13,743 nt of DNA from a bacterium. Lineage in GTDB: Bacteria > BMS3Abin14. Both the position numbers and the translations under genes were made by a program. The notes beneath the pieces are model-generated. The model searched no databases and had not been told where the DNA came from. It saw only the letters and a list, made by a program, of their open reading frames with translations. The stretch is from the NCBI GenBank assembly GCA_020349685.1, contig CP070698.1, forward strand, positions 1,075,087 to 1,088,829. The letters are read 5' to 3'. This document shows positions 8,024-13,743 of this stretch, one piece after another (position 1 is the stretch's first letter; every line of letters begins with the position of its first letter).

Positions 8024-8050
8024 GGTGTGTGTTTTTTGTATTTCGACAAT

Positions 8051-8078
8051 TTGAGATCTGAGGTCTGAGATATGAGAT
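8051..8078 (+). repeat. Heptamer array (NTGAGAT)4 containing the tag RBS and start codon
   Basis: ttgagat ctGAGGT ctgagat ATGagat. Confidence 0.9.
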
Positions 8079-8653
8079 CAGACGCGAGAGCGCGGTGTTC
8101 CTGGCCCGAGGGCCTGAGCGACGAGATGATCGTCTACCACGACCGGGAGTGGGGCGTGCCGGTGCTCGATGACCGGAAGCTGTTCGAGATGTTCACTCTC
8201 GGCGGCGCCCAGGCTGGGCTCTCATGGGAGATCGTCTACCGGAAACGGGAAGGATACCGCAAACTTTTTTACAATTTCGATATCGAAAAGTGCTCCCGCA
8301 TGTCCGACTCCAGGCTCGAGAAGATCCTCACCGATCCGTCCGTCATCCGCAACCGTCTCAAGGTCCACTCCGTGCGCCGGAATGCCCGGGCCGCTCTTAA
8401 AGTCATCAAAGAGTTCGGTTCCTTCTCCGAATACCTCTGGGGTTTTGTGGGCGGGAGACCCATCGTGAACCAACGGAGGAGCATCCGGGACCTGCCGCCC
8501 ACCTCCCCGGAAAGCGACGCCATGTCGAGGGACATGAAAAAGAGAGGTTTTACCTTCGCCGGCAGCACCATCTGCTACGCCTTCATGCAGGGCGTGGGAA
8601 TGGTGAACGATCACGAGGTGGAGTGTTTCAGACACAAGGAGTTGAGTATCTAG
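8072..8653 (+). CDS. tag: DNA-3-methyladenine glycosylase I
   Basis: RCSW, YHDREWGVP, QAGLSW, IRNRLK, KKRGFTFAGSTICYAFMQGVGMVNDH..C (zinc ligands C, H, H, C present). Confidence 0.96.
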   Translation: MRSDARARCSWPEGLSDEMIVYHDREWGVPVLDDRKLFEMFTLGGAQAGLSWEIVYRKREGYRKLFYNFDIEKCSRMSDSRLEKILTDPSVIRNRLKVHSVRRNARAALKVIKEFGSFSEYLWGFVGGRPIVNQRRSIRDLPPTSPESDAMSRDMKKRGFTFAGSTICYAFMQGVGMVNDHEVECFRHKELSI

Positions 8654-8876
8654 TTTCTGGTTCTAGTATCTGGAGAAAGTTTAAAAAACTTCCTTCTAAA
8701 GTATCAGGTTCCCATTGCATCAAAGCAACTTTTCTATTTTTTATTGACGTTTTGAGGATTATTCCATTTTTCAAATGGCGAGGTCTGCGATCATCAGATG
8801 TGATGGTCAACGATGTAATAGCGATGTCTGGAGCAAATGTGCTCAGCTAGAGCCTAGACACCAGACACTAGACACG
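8645..8876. repeat. Inverted heptamer arrays (AGTRTCT type ... CTAGACA type) flanking an AT-rich ~170 bp spacer
   Basis: agtatctagtttctggttctagtatctgga (8645-8674) and ctagagc ctagaca ccagaca ctagaca (8847-8874). Confidence 0.82.
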
Positions 8877-8898
8877 GAGAGGATGATCAGTTGGCCCA

Positions 8899-9693
8899 TC
8901 AATGGGGTTCTCTTGCGGTGATGTAGCTGATCATCCTCTCTTCTTCCTTCCTCGCCCGCCACGACCAGAACAGGTCCGGGTTGCAGGATGTGCATCCCAC
9001 GATCTCGTCCACGGTTTCGGGTGCCAACCCCTCCAGGATCAACTGGGTTTTGACACCGGCAGCCAGATCCAGATAGAGGCGCCGGCCCCGGCGCTCGAAA
9101 AGCCCCTCCTCCACCAGGCCTGTCGGGAAGGTCTCCCGGACCTCCTCCCCCACCTCGTAACAGCAGGGGCCGATGGAGGGGCCTAAAGCAGCCAACAGCT
9201 GTCCCGGATCGCTTCCAAAGGCACCGGCCAGCGCCTTGACAACCTTGCCGGCGAGACCGGTGGCCAGGCTCCGCCAGCCGCAGTGGACCGCCGCGGCAGT
9301 CCCTTTGACACGGTCAGCAATGAGAAGGGGGAGGCAGTCGGCGGTACGGATCCCCATGGAAACACCGGGGATGTCGCTGGCCATGGCGTCCCCCTCGTCG
9401 AACTGGAACGGAGATACCGGCAGCTCTGAAAACTTTATATCGGCGTTGCTGCCGGCAATTCCAGATTCCATATTCCAGATTCCAGACTCGCCGGATATAC
9501 CAGGTCCTTTGCTTTCTTCTCCTGCGTGCTGCGTGCCGCGTGCTGTGTGTTCGGTCAACACCACGATCTTTTCTCCGTGAACCTGCAACAATATGTGAAC
9601 GGCAGCGGGGAAATCATGCGGCGCTGACCGCCTCGTCCCGAAACCGTGGTCAAAACCTTCCCTCTCCAGAAGGGCAGAACGCAGGACCATCAT
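8899..9693 (-). CDS. pgeF: Peptidoglycan editing factor PgeF/YfiH (laccase-domain, purine nucleoside phosphorylase) with an internal insertion
   Basis: HGFGTR, QVHG, TADCLP, HCGWR, GPSIGPCCYEVG, CTSC; downstream of rluD as in the conserved rluD-yfiH pair. Start placed at ATG 9693 (ATGA overlap with the rluD stop); 9714 is an alternative. Confidence 0.92.
   Translation of the reverse strand: MMVLRSALLEREGFDHGFGTRRSAPHDFPAAVHILLQVHGEKIVVLTEHTARGTQHAGEESKGPGISGESGIWNMESGIAGSNADIKFSELPVSPFQFDEGDAMASDIPGVSMGIRTADCLPLLIADRVKGTAAAVHCGWRSLATGLAGKVVKALAGAFGSDPGQLLAALGPSIGPCCYEVGEEVRETFPTGLVEEGLFERRGRRLYLDLAAGVKTQLILEGLAPETVDEIVGCTSCNPDLFWSWRARKEEERMISYITAREPH
9458..9549. repeat. Two intragenic heptamer arrays in pgeF: (ATTCCAG)4 and (CTGCGTG)4
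   Basis: attccag attccat attccag attccag (9458-9485); ctgcgtg ctgcgtg ccgcgtg ctgtgtg (9522-9549). Confidence 0.9.
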
Positions 9694-10643
9694 CCATCTC
9701 CCGTCTCGATCCAACGGAACAGATCGGCAAGATCCTCCGGGGGAGAGGTCTCGAAGGACATCCTGGATCCCGAGGAGGGATGATCAAAAACGAGTTTCTG
9801 CGCGTGGAGAGCGGGCCTTCCAAGCGCCCTGACAAGAGATGACGCCCTGGTGCTTTTCATGAAGATGGACCTCACACCACCTCCGTAGGTCGCATCCCCC
9901 AGGATGGGGTGCCCGCTCGAGGCGAGGTGGACACGAAGCTGGTGGGTCCGCCCGGTTCCCGGAATGAGCCTCACCAGGCTGATGCCGCCGCGGCGCGCGA
10001 GGACCTCGTAGTCGGTCACCGCTTCCCGGCCCGACTCCCGCACGGTGATCTTTTTTCTTTCCCGGGGGTGGCGGGCCAGGGACTTTTCTATGCGCCCCCT
10101 GTCCTCCCCGGGTTCCCCTCGCACGGCCGCGAGATAGACCCGCTCGATGGTGTGGTCCTTGAACTGGGCGGAGAGGCGGCGGTGGGCCTTGTCGTTCTTG
10201 GCGGCCACCATGACACCGGAGGTCCCCTTGTCCAGGCGGTGGACGATCCCCGGCCTCGTGACCCCGCCGATCCCTGACAGGTCACGGCAGTGATGGAGAA
10301 GGGCGTTGACCAGGGTACCTGTGCTGTGCCCGAACGCGGGATGGACGACCATGTGGGGGGCCTTGTCGATGACGATAAGGTCGCTGTCCTCGTAAAGGAC
10401 AGACAGGGGGATGGCTTCGGGCAGGGCTTCTGACGGTTCCGGGTCAGGCACGACCACCGTTATGACATCCCCCTGACGGAGCATGGCGCCGGGCTTTGCC
10501 TTTTCCCCACCCAGGAGGATGTGGCCCTCTTCGATAAGTCTCTTTATGCGGGAGCGGGTCAGGCCTTCGAGCCTGCGGGAAAGAAAGTGGTCGAGGCGGG
10601 TCCGGGATTCTTCGGGCAATACGCTGAAACGGGTGCTCCCCAT
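9690..10643 (-). CDS. rluD: RluA-family 23S rRNA pseudouridine synthase (RluD-like, with S4 domain)
   Basis: RLDHFLS..TRSRIKRLI (S4), VIDKAPHMVVHP, GIVHRLDKGTSG (catalytic Asp), TGRTHQLRVH, GHPILGD, ALHA. Confidence 0.94.
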   Translation of the reverse strand: MGSTRFSVLPEESRTRLDHFLSRRLEGLTRSRIKRLIEEGHILLGGEKAKPGAMLRQGDVITVVVPDPEPSEALPEAIPLSVLYEDSDLIVIDKAPHMVVHPAFGHSTGTLVNALLHHCRDLSGIGGVTRPGIVHRLDKGTSGVMVAAKNDKAHRRLSAQFKDHTIERVYLAAVRGEPGEDRGRIEKSLARHPRERKKITVRESGREAVTDYEVLARRGGISLVRLIPGTGRTHQLRVHLASSGHPILGDATYGGGVRSIFMKSTRASSLVRALGRPALHAQKLVFDHPSSGSRMSFETSPPEDLADLFRWIETGDG

Positions 10644-10651
10644 GGAGGGGT

Positions 10652-10918
10652 CTACCAGATGTCCGAGTCGGTGTCCCCGAAGCGCTTGACCAGTACGTCG
10701 ACGATGGCCCGGTTATAGGGGATCCATCGCCCCGGCATAGCAGGGTCCACCCTCGCGTCGTATAGTTTTCGCCCCTCCTCCAACTGGTCAGCCATGTCCA
10801 CGAACAGTGAATCGTTCTTGATGCTGTGCCGGATCTTTTCCTGATTGTACAGGGCGATATCGGACATGATGGTGCGGGCCAGACGCACGGCGTCCTTTTC
10901 GTTGTTGATGCGGTTCAT
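10652..10918 (-). CDS. Small hypothetical protein (88 aa)
   Basis: ATG 10918 preceded by CAGGAGG; MNRINNEKDAVRLARTIMSDIALYNQEKI...; fits between rseC and rluD with short spacers. Confidence 0.85.
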   Translation of the reverse strand: MNRINNEKDAVRLARTIMSDIALYNQEKIRHSIKNDSLFVDMADQLEEGRKLYDARVDPAMPGRWIPYNRAIVDVLVKRFGDTDSDIW

Positions 10919-10934
10919 CCAGGCTTCCTCCTGA

Positions 10935-11336
10935 TCAGAGAACCCTCGAAATGAAAGGGATCGAATCCTGCTTTTTCCTGCCCTGCCAGAAAAGGTAGAG
11001 TGTGGCGAGACCGAACCCGATAACGGTCCCGACGATGGCTGCACCGTCGGTGCCGTACCGTGACCAGCCCACGGCACCGCCTGCCACCGCCGCCACAGCC
11101 GGCATCAGGTAAGCCGTGGCAGATGCCTTGATGAGGTCGCCCGGAGGAAGAGAGATGATCACCTTGTCACCGGGATGGGCTCCGGCCAGGTTCCTGACCT
11201 CCATCTGCATCGTATCCCCCGATGAGGGGTGGCACATGTTTTTGGCGGAACATCCGCCGCAGGCATCCGATCGCACCAGGGCAACCGTGGCACGATCGCC
11301 TTTCAGTGAAACGACGGATGCTGTTTCCTCAAGCAT
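10935..11336 (-). CDS. rseC: RseC/MucC family (SoxR-reducing system / Rnf-associated) membrane protein
   Basis: MLEETASVV, ACGGCSAKNMC (CxxC..C), GAHPGDKVII, AYLMP, then two hydrophobic helices. Confidence 0.9.
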   Translation of the reverse strand: MLEETASVVSLKGDRATVALVRSDACGGCSAKNMCHPSSGDTMQMEVRNLAGAHPGDKVIISLPPGDLIKASATAYLMPAVAAVAGGAVGWSRYGTDGAAIVGTVIGFGLATLYLFWQGRKKQDSIPFISRVL

Positions 11337-11422
11337 TTCCCAACCTTATGTGAGATAGACCTGAAAATCAAGGGAAGGATAAGTTTCTTCACCTTAAAAA
11401 AAGACAGGTGATGAAACTTATC

Positions 11423-11580
11423 AGTATCTAGTATCTGGGGTCTGGTGTCTGAAAAAATCCAGGACCAGACTTTCAGATATCTCAATATCCTTTGCAGGAT
11501 GATTTTCAAAACCGATGAAGGCTTTTGATGGAACCATGATCGTTCATTTAACTAGACACTAGAACCAGACACTAGACACT
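11423..11580. repeat. Inverted heptamer arrays (AGTATCT/GGTGTCT x4 ... ACTAGAC x4) bracketing ~100 bp
   Basis: agtatct agtatct ggggtct ggtgtct (11423-11450) and actagacactagaaccagacactagacact (11551-11580). Confidence 0.85.
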
Positions 11581-11588
11581 GAGCACTT

Positions 11589-12656
11589 TTATCGCTTTTC
11601 AAACTTTATCCCCCCCTCCCCGATTCCGGAGGTGGTAAGGATCTTTCCATCGTTCGTGATGAGGACCCCTTCCGCATCGTCCCAGCCCTCCAGAAGGGCC
11701 AGGCCCCTTTCAGGACCCAGAACGAAGGTGGCCGTGGCCAGGGCGTCTGCCGTTGCGCAGTCGGGCGCGATGACGGTGGTCCCCCTCAGCCCGGATCGGG
11801 CAGGATAACCGGTGGCGGGGTCAAGGATGTGATGGTACCGGATGCCGTCCTTTTCCAGGAATCGCTGGTAATCACCGGAGGTCGCGACGGCTGCCTCCCT
11901 GACCTTGAGAACACCGGCGAGTTCCTGAGGGTTCTCCGGGTCCTGAACGCCTATATTCCAGTATTCCCGCCCGGGCCGGACACCGAAAGTGCGGAGGTCG
12001 CCACCCGCATTCATGATCCCTGCCCTGACCCCTGCCTCCTGGAGCGTCCGGACGGCTTCGTCAACGGCATATCCTTTGGCCACGCCCCCCAGTTCGAACC
12101 AGATCCCAAGCCCCTCCGGACAGCACTGCTCCTCAGGGACCCCTAAATACCCCGCATTTTTCATGGCCGTCTGGATCTCCTCGGGCCCGGGGATCCGCGG
12201 ATCTTCGCGCCCGAAGCCCCAAAGGTAGACCACCTGTCCGAGGGTGGGATCAAAGGCTCCGGCCGAGGCCCTGGAAACCTTCATGGCCACCTCGAGGATC
12301 AGGGCGAGATCTCCTTCGATCACAACCCCCTCTCCCTTCCTCAGCCGGTAAAGGGGCGAACTTTCCTCAGAGGCATGGGCCTCCCTCTCGACAACGAGCA
12401 TCCTCTCAAAGGCTTGTTTGGAGGCCTCTGGAGCGGTTTCCTTGTCGGCATAGAGAACGACTTCCACAAGGGTGCCCATCATGAATCGGGCCTCTTTGTA
12501 GGGTTGGGATTCTTTGGAGCAGGAGGGGCCTGTCAGGAGCAATCCCGGGATCAGGAGGAGAAAGGAAAACCGGAAAAGGGGAAAAGGCGAAAAGGGGAAA
12601 AGGAGTTTTTGACGAACAGCGAGAAGGGGTTGTTTGTCTCCTCGTCTCCTGTTCAC
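11589..12656 (-). CDS. apbE: FAD:protein FMN transferase (ApbE family lipoprotein)
   Basis: MMGT, GAFDPT, LGGVAKGYAVD, NAGGD, VATSGDYQRF, YHHILDPATGYP, ADALATA; hydrophobic signal ending at Cys (GPSC); GTGA overlap with the upstream response regulator. Confidence 0.95.
   Translation of the reverse strand: MNRRRGDKQPLLAVRQKLLFPFSPFPLFRFSFLLLIPGLLLTGPSCSKESQPYKEARFMMGTLVEVVLYADKETAPEASKQAFERMLVVEREAHASEESSPLYRLRKGEGVVIEGDLALILEVAMKVSRASAGAFDPTLGQVVYLWGFGREDPRIPGPEEIQTAMKNAGYLGVPEEQCCPEGLGIWFELGGVAKGYAVDEAVRTLQEAGVRAGIMNAGGDLRTFGVRPGREYWNIGVQDPENPQELAGVLKVREAAVATSGDYQRFLEKDGIRYHHILDPATGYPARSGLRGTTVIAPDCATADALATATFVLGPERGLALLEGWDDAEGVLITNDGKILTTSGIGEGGIKFEKR
12564..12603. repeat. Octamer tandem array (GGAAAAGG)5 within the apbE signal-peptide region
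   Basis: ggaaaacc ggaaaagg ggaaaagg cgaaaagg ggaaaagg. Confidence 0.85.
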
Positions 12657-13021
12657 CTCTTCCCCACTTTGAGGAGACGCTTGATGGTTTCCTTCAGTTC
12701 ACCAAGGTTGGCCGTCTTGATTATGTACGCATCGGAGGCCCAGACGTTGAAGTCATTCCTGTACTCGCCGTAAGCGGTGGACATGATCACGGGTATGCTC
12801 TTGTCCATCTCGCGGATCCTGTGCAGGACCTCGATCCCGTCCATCCCGGGCATCCTGATGTCGAGGGTGATAAGGTCGGGTTTATCCTTCCCGACCTTGC
12901 GCAGGGCTTCCTCACCGTCGGAGGCAGTGATAACCGTGTACCCCTCTTCCTCCAATTCCTCCCGGTAGAGGAAGCGTATGCTTTCCTCGTCGTCAACGAC
13001 AAGAATGGTCCGTTTTTCCAT
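12653..13021 (-). CDS. Single-domain response regulator (CheY-like receiver)
   Basis: ILVVDDE, DLITLDIRMPGMDG (phospho-Asp), VIMSTAY, YIIK. Confidence 0.95.
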   Translation of the reverse strand: MEKRTILVVDDEESIRFLYREELEEEGYTVITASDGEEALRKVGKDKPDLITLDIRMPGMDGIEVLHRIREMDKSIPVIMSTAYGEYRNDFNVWASDAYIIKTANLGELKETIKRLLKVGKR

Positions 13022-13042
13022 TTCTTATTCTTTCATCCACCT

Positions 13043-13743
13043 TCATGTGGTCCGGTCGGCCGGATCGTTGACGGGCAGGCATATACTGAAAGTTACCCCT
13101 TTACTGCGCCTGTTGTCCACCCGAATTTCACCCCCGTGCGCTGCGACTGCGCGGTGAGCAATAGTGAGTCCAAGGCCGGTACCTGTGCCTTTGGTCGTGT
13201 AGAAGGCCTGGAAGATATTCCCGAGTTCCTTGTCATCAATTCCCCCTCCGTTGTCGGTGACGGAGATCACGACGAGCCCCTCCCCACTAATCCCGGCGTC
13301 GAATTCCACCTCGCTGCCCTCTGCGACAGCCTCACCGGCATTGAAAAGGACATTAAGCACCGCTTGTTTGATCTGGCGCTCGTCCACCTCCAGGACAGGC
13401 AGGTCCCTCCCAAACTGCCGGAGCAGATGGACCTTTTTCTTCTTGAAGTTTTCCTTAAACAGTTCCGCGCATTCCGACAGGAGGCCGTAGAGATCTACCG
13501 GCCTTTTCTCCATGATAGCGTAGCTCCTGGAATAGGACATGACGTCGTCCAAGGTCCTCTCGAGCCGGTCAACCTCCTGGATGATGATGTCAGCGTATTG
13601 GATCCCGCGATCATCCCCGGTGAGAGACTTTCTCAACCTTCGCGTAAAACCACCGATGGAGACGAGGGGGTTCCTTATTTCATGGGCCACGGAGGCTGCC
13701 ATCTCACCCAGCGCAGCCATCTTCTCCCACTGGATCATCCGGT
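13043..13743 (-). CDS. Sensor histidine kinase (NtrB-like), 5' part outside window
   Basis: EKMAALGEMAASVAHEIRNPL, NVLFNA, DNGGGI, IFQAFYTTKGTGTGLGL; frame remains open to the window edge. Confidence 0.95.
   Translation of the reverse strand, partial: RMIQWEKMAALGEMAASVAHEIRNPLVSIGGFTRRLRKSLTGDDRGIQYADIIIQEVDRLERTLDDVMSYSRSYAIMEKRPVDLYGLLSECAELFKENFKKKKVHLLRQFGRDLPVLEVDERQIKQAVLNVLFNAGEAVAEGSEVEFDAGISGEGLVVISVTDNGGGIDDKELGNIFQAFYTTKGTGTGLGLTIAHRAVAAHGGEIRVDNRRSKGVTFSICLPVNDPADRTT

Noticed and set aside
10919-11077. N-terminal extension of the 141-aa ORF 10652-11077
   Set aside because: Overlaps rseC out of frame; ATG 10918 has a strong RBS.
11303-11509. 68-aa ORF in the apbE-rseC spacer
   Set aside because: Non-ATG start, runs through a heptamer array, overlaps the rseC start, and has no recognisable features.
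1-13743. Transposase, integrase, reverse transcriptase, defence or phage gene that could explain the repeats
   Set aside because: No such motifs in any ORF; nearly all genes are housekeeping, transport or signalling families.

Overview
GC-rich bacterial chromosomal core region; gene content suggests a deltaproteobacterial/Desulfobacterota-type organism (inference). From left to right it holds: a partial peptide ABC permease and its lipoprotein solute-binding protein (-), a HEAT-repeat protein (+), an HD-GYP protein (-), purC (+), a PAS histidine kinase with a degenerate ATP lid (+), a NusG-domain-II / Gx-transporter (EetA/EetB-like) pair (+) and tag (+). A minus-strand run follows: histidine kinase (partial), single-domain response regulator, apbE, rseC-like gene, small hypothetical, rluD-like gene and pgeF. 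I saw no rRNA, tRNA, CRISPR array or transposase. The most striking structure the genes do not explain is a dense set of short 7-bp tandem arrays (also 8- and 9-bp) of several sequence families. They sit at most of the longer spacers, often as inverted pairs bracketing the spacer. They have also entered coding sequence, supplying the predicted start codons of two genes, a C-terminal tail, an in-frame insertion in PgeF and part of the ApbE signal peptide. Two enzymes show substitutions at key positions: Tag (Glu38-equivalent to Gly) and the PAS kinase (loss of G1/F/G2 boxes).
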